Source: Calcarisporiella thermophila CBS 279.70 (taxonomy: Eukaryota; Fungi; Calcarisporiellomycota). From it: 64,000 nt of DNA. Where the stretch lies: the NCBI RefSeq assembly GCF_041956535.1, contig NW_027192198.1:318714-382713 (forward strand), written 5' to 3'. The notes under the pieces are model-generated. The model saw only the letters and a list, made by a program, of their open reading frames with translations, was not told the DNA's origin and made no database searches. A program made the position numbers and the translations under genes. Positions 41,984 through 55,543 of this stretch are shown here, in pieces (within the stretch, counting starts at the first letter, position 1; each line of letters opens with the position of its first letter).

Positions 41984-42940
41984 ATGAATGCAAATAATCT
42001 TCTCCAGAATCCTCGCCAATTGGTTTTTATTGGCGGTGGTAACATGGCTGAGGCTATCTTCGGAGGTCTTATTGAAAGAGGTTATCCATCCGATCACATA
42101 GTGGTCTCGGAGCCGATGCAGGAGCGCCTCGATTACCTCCGCGCCAAGTTCCCCAAAATTCGCCTCACCACTGACAATTCTGGAGCCGTGACAGGTGAAG
42201 CCTGCAGCTGCTCTCCCGCAGACGTTGCCATACTCTCCGTCAAGCCGCAAGTGCTCTCCGCTGTGGTTGCCTCTCTTAAGATCCCTCAAAAAACCCTTGT
42301 CTTTTCCATTGCGGCTGGCATTCGCGCTTCAGATATCGCGCGGTGGTTTGCTTGCGATGTGGCCATAGTGCGATGTATGCCTAACACGCCTGCCCTTGTT
42401 GGTGAAGGAGCAGCTGGATTGTTTGCGACCAAGAATGTAACCAAGGAGCAGAAGCAGCTATCCGAGGATATTATGAGCACCGTATCGCCCGTAGTGTGCT
42501 GGGTTGAAAATGAAGACCACATTGACTCTGTGACAGGGATTAGTGGCTCTGGACCTGCCTATTTCTTCTTGTTCATGGAAGCGATGGAGCGTGCAGGCAT
42601 AGAGATGGGCTTGTCTCAGGATATGGCTCGGCGTCTTAGTGCTCAGACGTGCTTAGGTTGATACTCATGAACACAGGCTTTATCGAAAGTAATGAGTTCT
42701 GATTAAATTTGTCCGAATGCTATAGGAGCTGCGAAGATGGTGCTGAATTCGCCGGATTCTATCACCACATTGCGTCGAAAAGTCACCTCGCCCAATGGAA
42801 CTACCGAAGCGGCCATAAAGACGATGGAGCGGCTCAATTTGCCTAACATTGTAGTCGAGGCCGTGAAAGCCGCCGAGCATCGCGGTAGGGAACTCTCGGA
42901 TGAGTTTGGAAGCGTTGAGGTTAAGAAGAATCAGCTCTAA
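41984..42940 (+). CDS. PRO3: Pyrroline-5-carboxylate reductase
   Basis: FIGGGNMA, SVKPQ, SIAAG, RCMPNTP, SGSGPAY, VTSPNGTT. One intron at ~42657-42726. Confidence 0.96.
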
Positions 42941-43429
42941 TATGCTGCAGCTACTTTTGAGATTTATGTCTCATAGGATGCAAGTGTCCTTGTAAAATTT
43001 TCTGAAAACTTTCACACTAGAACACCATCAAACGTGCAATACTGAATAAAGTTAGAAAGGAATACAGTATACTGGTTGTATATGTATATCTCCACAAGAA
43101 AATTTTCTGGTTTCTGTGCAAAACCTACTTGAAAAATAGGATAGAAATAAGCATCCTTAAAGAGCTGATTAAAGGCCATTTTATTTGAATTTGTACGTCG
43201 TAGTAAAAATTTGAATGATCTATTGGGGTATAGATTGAAGATTTTTATGCTATGTAACTAGACCATTCTAATGGAGTTGGCTTAAGTTTAATTCACGTCT
43301 CAAACACCTGATGCTGCCAATTATTCTAAATTCAAAAATAAAACTTGCCACAAATAATCTGCGCCACAATTGTACCGTGGTACTGGTATTAAGGAAAACC
43401 AAAGCAGAATTTATTGACAAAACAACATA

Positions 43430-44777
<1,348 letters not shown>

Positions 44778-45499
44778 TAATGCTCATGAAACTGAACTCT
44801 AATACATCAACACGAATCTATGTCACTTCACTTTTTCTATTGCCTATTGAGCCTGTATATTTGTTATCGGAATATTTGGTTCGGCTTGATCCCCACAAGG
44901 ACATTTCAATAAAACATTATATATAACCTTTTGGACTTCTGGTATCCCACTCGAATACAACGGGTGCGCGCTTGTGTTTTTTCTGTGGTATGGAATGGCT
45001 AAGATTACTCTTAAATTCTATTTTTCGGTTGTACACAGTACGCATCTTCCCTAATTCATCCAGTTTGCGCAGCAACCCGTGATCTCTCTACTCTATTTCA
45101 AACTGCTCCTCGAAAATGGCGATTATTCTTGGCTTCGATGGCCAGGTATATTGTTGTATTTTATTTTGCGGCGAAAGTAGTGCCCCAGTGAATCGAATAG
45201 GCAAAACAAGGCTCCGCGTCACTGACATAAGAGTTTTACTCAATATTTTCGCTGACTGATCGTTTGCGACTTGGATTCCACAGGTCCGACAAGGTTGAAA
45301 AACATTTTCCCCGAGCAACCCTCGGAAACTGCACGACAAAGTCAAGCTTCGGATATACTTCCGTAGAATCTAAATTCGCTCTAGAAATAGTTTTGCTTGT
45401 CTTATACTTTTAAATCCCGTGTCTGCCTCTTAGCTCTTAGAATTTTACACTTTTTTTCTCTATCATATCCACTATCGAACTGTTCAAGTAGGGAGAAAC

Positions 45500-46592
45500 A
45501 TGGCTAGTGACAATGATTTGTATTTCACTTATTATCAGCAGGGAGGACTGCAGCTACAACCGCCGCTACAAACTCGAGAGTCCCTCCATTATACCTCACA
45601 AAATCCTACGCTTACTACACTACCTTTCAACTTCCCGCCCACCCCAGAATTCTCTCCCGTGCCCTTCAGCCTGGACTTCATGCTCCCTTTAGCAGCGGAA
45701 GAGCCACCCTTCTCCGAAACCTATTGTTTACTAAATGGTAGCAACGCACCCTTATTCGCACCCGCAATAACAAATCAAAACACTAGCGCGCCTGACCCGC
45801 AGTGTTTTGTCGGGGAAATGGCCGCCTCTTTTGAGGCTAATCTTTATCCATCCAACCTACCTCTAAAATCGCCAGTATATGCTAAACCAATACGTCATCC
45901 CGGTTTTTACAGTACTTGGGAGATGAATCAGTCACAGTCTGCACTTGTAAAAGAAACTTATTCCTTACCATTATGTAACGGGAATTATGAGGTGGTCACA
46001 AGGAACAGGACAGTAGAGGGGGGAGGGAGCCAAGAAATCGAGCGGACGACTCCGAACATTTTGCCGAAAAGTAGGGAAAATGCTGAAGTTAAAAAGTTGA
46101 AACGGAATATCGGATGTGAAGTGCCTTCCGCCGCAGCTCTGAATAAGCAGGAGCCTTTGAAGCAGCCTAAAAGGGTAGACAAGGTGAAAATAAAGTCCAA
46201 TAGCCGCAAAAGAGCATCGAGGGTTCCTGGGGAATACATCTGTGAGCATCCTGGGTGCCAAAAAGTATTCACACGCTCCTATAATTTGCGCTCGCATATG
46301 CGTACGCACACATCCGAACGGCCATATGGTAAGCGCATAGAGCACGCATAAATATACAGATTGTAGATAGATAGGCTTACGGTTGTTTTGATTCTTCATT
46401 TTCGATCTAGCCTGTACATTTCCCGGTTGTGATAAACACTTTGCGCGCTTGCATGATCGCAATCGCCACTCGCGTTTGCACACGGGCCTCAAACTCTTTA
46501 AATGCGCTACCTGCAAAAAGGCATTTGCACGAGCAGACGCTCTAGCTCGACATCTTAGAGTAGAAAATAGCTTATGTTCAACGAAGAGTTAG
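45500..46592 (+). CDS. C2H2 zinc-finger transcription factor (Crz1-type fingers)
   Basis: [46 protein letters not shown]. One intron at 46329-46410. Confidence 0.88.
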
Positions 46593-47176
46593 ATGACTCT
46601 TTTTATGCTTATGCTCTCTGTTATGGCATTCATACACTTTTGACGCTATCCAAATCTATTTATTCGTTTTTTATTCTTGCTCAGATTTCACTTTTATTTT
46701 TACTGACTATTCTTGTTCATTTTTCGCTTCGTAAATATGGTACATTATCAAAAGAAATGAAATATATTAAAACCACTTTTGACTGCTCCGACCCATCTTG
46801 CATTTACGAACAAAGACTTCGGCGCTTTCGCATCCTTTAACCATAAATATCCTAATCAGCTCAATGGTGCATAAATATCTAGTGCGAAATGACGAAATTC
46901 GTTGATTTTAAAGTTGTTCCGGATTAAATCGCCCAGCTAGATGAGAGTTCAAAATGCAAAACCTCTCTTTGATTCGTAAACTTATTTATATAGCAATGAT
47001 CAACACTCAATGAAGCAATAGGATGAAATATCTTCAATCTATATTGGTTTTTTCATTGTCCAAATCAAATAGCTGGCCATCACAATAAAAAGACAATATT
47101 CAGAGGAAAGTTCAAAGCAAAAGGAAAATATTTGCGACCATAAAAAAATAAAAGGGTGGATTCGATCGCATATCCA

Positions 47177-50100
47177 CTAGTAGTTTTCCGCCATAATTAG
47201 CAGAATGAGGCTCGTCCATCCTGTAAACGGGTGGCTGCGTAGGCCCTCGCCAGTGGCGGCATGATATTGCTCCCAGGGGTATCCGGTGCGCTTGAACTCC
47301 TTATATACGTTCTGAATGAGATTCTCCCGCAATGAAGAATAAATCTCTCGCGCCTTTGTCTGATATGGTCCAGGCTGATTTATATAGTTCTGTTAAAAAA
47401 TAAAAATGCGCGATACTTATAAGCAATATAATCCAAATGGTATAATGGGGAAAATCGAATGCAACCTTGTATAGGGAAGAGAGAACCATGTAGTTCATAT
47501 TGATCCATATGGGCCCGCGCCAATAGATCTCGCCTGTGTAATACTGGGGGTCCTTCTTGGAAAGTGAGAGTAGCCCGAATGATGACCAAAGCTCTTCGGG
47601 ACTTCGAATCAGGTCGAGTAACATGTCCAATTTTGGATCATCATGAGAAAGGAGGCCAAGCATTAGAGGGAAGAGAGAGAGATAGCCTTTGTGACAAACG
47701 TGTATGGACTCCTCTACAGAAACATTCAGTTCAGCTCCCAATAAATTTTCTTAAAAAAAATAAGACGATTTTCACTCACCCTCCTCGTTAACAGAAAGGT
47801 CGCAGAACACTCGGTTCTCGACGCTCCAGTGGAGATCTAAGAAAAGCGATTAAGCGGCCTCGTTATAATATAAGCTGCGTTGAGCTATGATTCTGTTTCC
47901 TTACCATGTAAATTGGCAATCAAATTTTTTTCTACTTTTGTATACTCCGCGGCGTCGTCCTCCTCGCCCAACCGCTCTGCAATGGCTTTGAGCAATCGCG
48001 TCATAAAGGCCATCCACGAGTGCAAATCTGCATGGAGCTCCGCAACATGAGGGGGAGACGCACGCGGGTAATCATCCAAGCCCGACGTAAGACAATGGCC
48101 CTGGGTGCGCCCGCGCCACCTGTAGCCTTCGCGATTGCTCGTTGCCTCTCGTCCCCATTCCTTTATTTCCCCGCGCTGCGTCTCGCGGAACCATTGCCAG
48201 TTGAGACGAAGTTTTGGGTAGAGTCGTGCAAGATAATTACGGGCGAGTTCGACCGAGTCCAAGTGGGCGCGAGTCACACCCGAATCGAGCTGATCCATCC
48301 CTCCCATAGCAACAAAAGGTTGTTGGAATCCTAGATTCGGCAATTGCGTTAATCATCAAACTCACAGTACAACTGAGGGTTCATACCAATCTGATCTGCA
48401 TGGAGCAACGAGTGCTCAGCATGCTCCACTCTGTCAACAAAAGCTTTCACAGCCATCAATAGCGTGGGAGGATTGGCATAATGGGGAAACTGGACCTGGA
48501 ATTCCTCAGGGACCTTAAAGGATGATATAGCACATCAATACTGCCATCCGTGGTAGCCTTTTATATGTAACAGGAATGCTCACCCTGCTTCGGGCCTCTT
48601 CTCCCAAAATTTGTTCACGTGCAATCCATCCATCGTTATCCATAAGAGAGTACCAATTCTCAATTATCTCCAAACTTACGGGAAAAAAAAAATAGAAATA
48701 TGAATACACGTCAAGGTACACTCAGGATAGACCATTTACCTCAAATCATTGTCCCATTTGCCAATCAAAAGTTGGTGAAAGCCCTCGTCCCTAAAAGACA
48801 CACGTGATGAAATTGGAGCTGCCCCCATTTTGAGGCGAGAAAATGCTAATTACCAGTAAAATCCACGGGGGAAGAATGGACGCGAGGGGGTGGCGGTGAA
48901 GAGCGAGCGAGGCGCCGTGGTTACAGGTCGACGCGCCTTTTCCACTGCACCTGAGGAGAACTCATAGTCAGCATCCTCTTCCTCATCGATGCCAGACGCG
49001 TCCACGATACTCGAGCCATAGAAATACCTATGCAAAATGGATCTCAGATTCTTGAATCGGTTCGTATCTCTATAATGGTGTTATACGCACCCAACCCCTC
49101 CAAGCATATTACTCAATAGATATTGCCCAAACTCGACCTTATCTGCATCAAATCCCTTGGCTTGTAAACCAAACGTGGCCTCAAATCTTTCGTCAAAAGT
49201 GGAGTAGGCATGTTTAAGATGGTTGGAGATTGAGATAGCTAAACAGAGTAGAGCCGAGAGCAAAAGTTGGCATTTGCAATCTTGGAAATTAACGAGACCG
49301 TTTTCAATTACCATCCAGTTTGTGGGGTGCGGATTTGGAGGTAAAGTAGACATCGAACTGTTCGAGCAACCATTTAATACACGCGGTTGAACATAGTACA
49401 GATAATTGGCAGCATTACCTGAAAAGGTCCATCGATAACTTTTTGGAACGCAAACATATTAGCGTTGGATCGAACTTGATTATCAAAACGTAGCAATTTC
49501 GAGACATCGTCCAAAGGCTCATTACTAGTGGCAATGTATGATTGAACGTGTTGGAAGAAGTGTGCTTCTATGAACTCTGAAAATAAGCGAGCGATAAAAA
49601 AGGCTAAATTAGCTAAACAATATATCTCTCTCTTTGAACTCTAAAAATTTCTGCCTTTGGCACGCCAGGCCTGCCCGTCAGGAGTGACCATTCCAATGAA
49701 TTGAGTTTCACTAGGCTTTCCATTTGTATCCTCCACCCGGACTGAGAATTCGCCCAAATCCTTGGTTGAGCCCTCGACTACCGCCGCAGTGTGGAGGCTC
49801 TATAAGGCAACAGCTCCTTTCAGTCCTATTCACTTTTCCACTACAAAGGGGATAGGAAGACAAATGCTAGGAGTCATGATTACCTGTCCCGAGGGGGGAA
49901 TATCGGCCATGTCTAACTCTCCCTCGCCATCGAGCCCAACATAGAAGATCATGGATACCTTTGGATGCCCTGTACGTTACAGATAATCCAAGTTTGCATT
50001 GGTCTAGTGCAAAAGAAACGCACCATAAAAAAGTACTAACCATCGCCGGTGGGCTTTCCTGTTATTCGGGCACCCCAACTACCCCCTAATAGATTCCCAG

Positions 50101-50595
50101 AGTTAACCCATTCAGCCGAATATACAAAATAGAGTCGTCCAGACAGTACCATGATTTCCGCCGGGAATTTTAACAAACTCCGTCTTCAGCTCGAGTCCCA
50201 GGGGATGGTCGGAGATCTTCTGCATTCCGAATGACCGGCCATCATGCTTATAATAGCCAAATCCCTTCAGCCCATCGTTTTGGTCACATTGATGACGCAT
50301 GTCTAGACATGGAAAACATAAGGACATTCAAACTCTTCCCACAAACTGAATGAGGTGTGCTCTTACGTTTCCATCCTTCGGGATCCTCGGCGTCATACCA
50401 GAGAAGGCCAGTCATCAATGAGTGCGGCAATCGCGGCCGCGTGCCAAAATAGAGATTGGGCCGATACGTGCCCCACATCAGGGATGCATTGGAGGCAGCC
50501 CGTGTCAAGGAGTGGAACTCATCATGGGCAGAGGCGGCCCCCACAAGGGAATAGAGCCAAAATAGCAAGCTAAGTAGAGTGCACGGGTTGAACAT
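47177..50595 (-). CDS. CWH41: ER alpha-glucosidase I (GH63, MOGS), spliced
   Basis: [82 protein letters not shown]. Confidence 0.96.
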
Positions 50596-50799
50596 CGTGC
50601 AGGAAAGGAAAGTCGGTGCGGGTTACTTGAACACGCTCGATTTTGGTGGAGACTCAGATTTTAGTTGCATAGGGGTGGCGTAGTTTTATGGTTATATAAT
50701 CTGATGAATCTTACCCTTTTGGAGCAGTATAGATAAGTGCGGTCTTCCATTCCTTCCTCGACTCAACTCGCCCTTGCAACCCGACCACCATGCAGCGCA

Positions 50800-52486
50800 A
50801 TGTCACCGTAACGCCCAGTTTTCGACCAAAGTTGGCTTCATTTGATTTGATTGACGCTTTTTTTTTGATTCACATTGTTATGCCTGCTGTTTAAACCTGA
50901 CCTTGCCCATTTCTCACTAGACGCCCCTCCATTACCCGAAGAGTCTCCATTCCCGAGGAAACCTCTAATCATATCAACTACATCTCCAATCAAAACTACC
51001 CCATTCCCCAAAACTATGCATATCCCACCCGGATTCTCAATAACACTTTCGTAGGTAATACGCATCCTTGTCTGTTGCTTGAAAATTCAGATCTTTGGTC
51101 CCAATTCCACGAGCTCCAAAATGAAATGATTATCACCCGCGCTGGGCGCTGTCTTTTTCCCACCCTGAATCTGCGGCTGATAAATCTCGACCCGACAACA
51201 AACTACAGCCTCTTTCTTGATTTTGCTATGACCTCTACCGAGCGATTCCGATTCAAGGACGGCGTGTGGGCACCGTGGGGTCGGGATCCGCGTCGCCCGG
51301 ACTCCACCACTGACGATGTGCAGCACATGCAGACGGGAGTTTACACGCATCCGAATTCTCCATGTCTAGGTTTCATTTATTGGTCCGCTGAAGCTGTCGT
51401 CCACACTGAGCTAATCCACTTTCTCCCCCTCCCCACCCCTCCCTTACTTCCTTTTTTCCTTCCTTCCTTCTTCCTCCCCCATTCCCTCTCTCCCTCCCGT
51501 CCTTCCTTCTCCCCTCCCTCCCCCTACCAGGATCGGTGTGGATGCAATCCAGTGTCTCGTTTAACAAAGTAAAACTTAGCAATCAGCTAAGCTCCGCAGG
51601 GAACTTCTACGACCTGTGTAAACTCAACGAGTACTCGACCGAGGCGACAGGCATCTTCCAACTCATCTCCTTCCGCAAATACTGTCCCCGCTTCCACCTG
51701 ATCGAGCTTGGAAAGCGAAATCGCCGGGCCACCTACCAATTCGAGCACACCTCCTTCATTGCGGTGACGCACTACCAGAATAGCAAGGTCAATCAGCTCA
51801 AGAAAAACTACAATCCCCACGCGAAGGGGTTCCGCACGGCGGATGAGCGCGCCATGCAGGCCAAAGCGGGAAAGAGTCTGCCCTCCTTTTCCGCGCTGAT
51901 TCGGGAGCCGTCCATTGAGGAAGAAGAATGGGAAGACGATGAGTTCGACGGCTGGAATGAAATGGACGAGAGCATCCAATCCATGAGTAGCGAAAGTGAC
52001 CGTGACCTGGGCGTGTTGGAGAGCTGTCCAAGGTCGACTCCACTCCCCGCCGAACCCATACCGCCAGGGTCCATCTGGCACCGCGAGATGAGTATATCGC
52101 ACGAGCGGTTTGTAAATTCCGATCGCTCCTCCCCCATGACCCCCCCTCTCCCGAGCTTGCGGGCTAGCATGAAGCTAGCCCACAATGAATACCCTTGCGC
52201 CAAGTCGGAGGAGCTGGGCCCGCACCCCTCGGAACTCAGCCCTCCTTCGAACCGGCCGACGATGGTGCGCTGGATATCGTGCCCCGTGACCTCTGCGCAA
52301 ACCGATCCTCCTCTCTCGTTTTCGCGGCTAATCAAGCATCCCAGTCCGCCTCGTGAGCCCAATTTGAATCAACTCCAATGGGAGAACAACCGGCTTCTCG
52401 AGTTTATTCGGGAACGCTATGGCATCCATGCCGAGAGGGAGGCAGAGGCTATTCTAGGGATGCAGGTAAGGGATGTTACATTCTAG
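50800..52486 (+). CDS. T-box transcription factor
   Basis: LWSQFHELQNEMIITRAGRCLFP, HPNSPCLGSVWM..VSFNKVKLSN, FIAVTHYQN..LKKNYNPHAKGFR. Inferred exons 50800-50807, 50921-51369 and 51531-52486. Confidence 0.92.
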
Positions 52487-53183
52487 TGGCAAAAGGAGGA
52501 GAGACGGGCAGAGATCCTTGATGGGGTTCGAATATCATCCTCTACGAGGGGTAGAGACGGGAATATATCGTTTTCATAAAAAAATCTATTCGTGTGTATC
52601 CATGGGAAGGCCGGGGGGTTTTTTTTTTGAATTGTTGTGCTCTTGTGAATCAGTTTGTAGCATAGGTTTAGCAGATATTATATTGGCACAGGAGTGTATT
52701 TTGCTTGCAAAGATGTATTTGGGATACAGGGTATATATCATGATATATATAGTGTTGGGATAGGATGGGTATTTAGTTACCAATAAATAGCATCGTATCA
52801 TGAGTCGTGTGGAAACCGCTTTGTTTGAAAAGTTGCGCGGGTTAGGGGGAAGGGGAAGGGGGAGTGCTTGGCTGGCCTTAAAGCGATATGTCCCCGTGGA
52901 CAGCCAAATCTTCTCCACCCGTCCATGGCAGGGCCTATCACGGAAGAGTAGATCCGTGGGTTCATTGCACTCGCCCTGTTTCTTCCTTCTCCACCAGCAG
53001 AGAAGAGGGAGAATAAATAAGAGACGACTACATCGATTGCATTCATTTACATGCTCAAGATATTACATAAAAATTACAAGAGAGGCCATCGAATAATAAT
53101 ACACCAGTATACAGTATATAGATACTTCTATACAATATAGATAAACACTAAATTTACACGACACATTGTTAAATTTACATGAA

Positions 53184-55543
53184 CTACATAATCAAGTCTG
53201 CGTTGCGGCCACCGCTGGGAAGCACCCCTTGGCTACCCTCTGCCCCTCCCCCCTCCCTTCCTCGCAGGTCTTCGGTATTCCGCCAAAACTCAACCCCATT
53301 GGCGGAAAAGGAGGAGGGGGTCAGGCAAGAGGTCGAGGCAGACAGAGCGGTGGAGGTGGGTGAGGAGGAGGACCATTTGGTGGAAAAATAGGATATCATG
53401 TTCTCGGTCTCGTCGATGTCCCCGGTGGTGGCCGGCTTGTGCAGGTGCAGGCCCGAGAGGGTGGCGGCCTCCTCCCCCTCGAGCCAAGGGGCAACCGGCG
53501 ACGAGAAAAAGTCGCCGGCGCCTTGCGCGCCGAGATGGAATCGGAACCCCATCATCAACTGGTCCGGGACCGAATTTCGTCGCGTCATCCTCAGGGCTCC
53601 CAGCCTCGCCTCGTCCACCTCCTCCACAAACCCGGCGAGCCCGGTCGCCGTCACGGATGGCAGACTCGCGCGCTTCGGAGGCGCCTGCATCGGCGGCGGC
53701 TGGCTCTGCTGCGTCTGGTTGTTAAAGCGGAGCCGGTCCTCCATGAATCGCGTTCGGTATATGTCGAGGGTACGCTGCAGCAACGCCCGGTTTCCGGCCA
53801 GCTTCTTGCGGTTCAGCCAAGCGAGCTTCCACCCACACTCATTGAGGACCCTTTCGTAGCTCCTCCGCGTGGCATTGTCGCCCTCGGCGGGGCCGAGGGC
53901 CCGGGGATAGACACTGTTGTCGCGCTTGAAATCCTCGGGGATGTCGGTGAGCCTCACGTCCCCGAGGCTGATGCGCACCCTGGTTCGGATGGGCTGCCTC
54001 TGCTGGAAGGCGTCGAAGCACATGTATTTCGGGATGCGGAGCAGCTGGGCCCTCTTGTGGCGACTAGCGGCGGCACGGCGCTCGTTGGCCTCTTTGGTGG
54101 CTTGCTCCATGGCGAGGGCGATCTCGCGGTCGGTCTTCTCATCTCGCGCCTCCAGCTCCTCCTCGGATTCCTCCATCATCTCCTCGAACTCCTCCGCTGC
54201 CGCCGCCGCCGCCTCCGGCCCCCCCTCTACCGCGCCCGCCGCCTCCTCCCCCCAGCCCCCCTCGCTGTCCAGACTCAGTTTGCGAGCCCCCTCTGGGCCC
54301 GTCCCGGGCTTGCTCTCCCCCCGGGAATGCCGCTTTCGCAGGGTTCCATTCCGCAGCTTTTCCTGCCGCACCACCCGCCTCGAGCGCATCTCGGGACAGC
54401 GGTTCCGATAGCTGTCGACGGCGCGCTGCAGCAGGCCGCGCCTCCCCGCGATGATCTCCTGGTTCAGCCACGCGAGCTTCCAGCCGAGGATGTTGCAGCT
54501 GCTCTCGTATTCCCAGCGATTCCCTTGGTACGTGTTTGCCTGGCAGTACGCGCGTGGATAGAGACAGTTGTCCCGGCGGAACGGGAGGGGGATGGTGTCC
54601 AGGGGGTGGGCGTCGACGTCGGCGCGGATCAGGTAGCGGATGTTTTGCCCCTTGACCGAGTAGGTGAAGGAGATGTGTTCGATCCCGTTGAGAAACTCGG
54701 TCACGGGCGCGGTTGCTTTGGAGGAAGAGAGAGAAGAGGTTAGCAAGAGGCAGGGTCCGGAACAATGAGAGCCAAAGGGGGATGCTATCTACCGGGAAGC
54801 GCGTGGTTCGGCTTCGTTTTCGAGGCTCTTCGCGCCCTCCTCCTCTTCTCCAGCGAACCTCTCCTCTCCGTGCCCACCTCCGAGCACGATATCGCCCGTC
54901 GTCGGCCGTCCTTCGGGGGGCGTCCGACGCGCCTTTTCTTCACCTGCTGCGTCGCCCCCTCGGCCTCCTCCGCCCCCTGTTGCTCCAGCGAAAAACCAGC
55001 GGCGTCCACCATCGACCAGTTCATCAAACCACCGGCATCCACCTGGTTCTGGGCAAGCAAGGACTGGATGGCAGCCGAGGTGGTATCGACCCCTAACCCA
55101 GGGAAATAGAGCGCGCCCTCCGGCGGCGTCTCCACGGCCGTTGAGAAATAAGCGCGCGGGGGCAAGTTCAGCATCCCGATGACGTCTTCTCTCGCGATGG
55201 AGCCGAGCAGCTCGTCCTGCCCGCGCCCGGCCCCCGAATTTGGCATAGCTTGCGTGCTTCCCAGGCCCTCGGACATCTCGAGCATGTTCGCGTTTCGGTA
55301 GCCCCCTACGGGCTCGCCATTGCCGCCGGGGGGGAAGAAAGCCTCGCTGCCCGCGAATTGGCACGCCATGTCCATGGAGTAGGCCATGGGCGAGGACGAG
55401 GCCTCCGGCTTCAAACAGGGGGCGGGCATTGGCTCGTAGGCTCGGCCGTCGATCGGGATCAGCGGGTGCATCAGGACCGCCTTGTCTTCGACAGGATCGT
55501 GAGGTTTGGGCAACATGGGGTCCACGAGGTGATGGGTCACCAT
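53184..55543 (-). CDS. Uncharacterised protein: AT-hook plus two copies of a conserved fungal domain (DUF8032-like, from memory)
   Basis: KRRVGRPPK AT-hook. The repeated domain reads F.RDN..YPRA...R..YE...N..GWKLAWLN....G.R.LLQR..D.YR. One intron at ~54716-54792. Confidence 0.8.

Noticed and set aside
53439-54743. 434-aa plus-strand ORF, and similar antisense ORFs at 13952-15256 and 9400-10254
   Set aside because: These are shadows of GC3-rich genes on the opposite strand, with no recognisable motifs.
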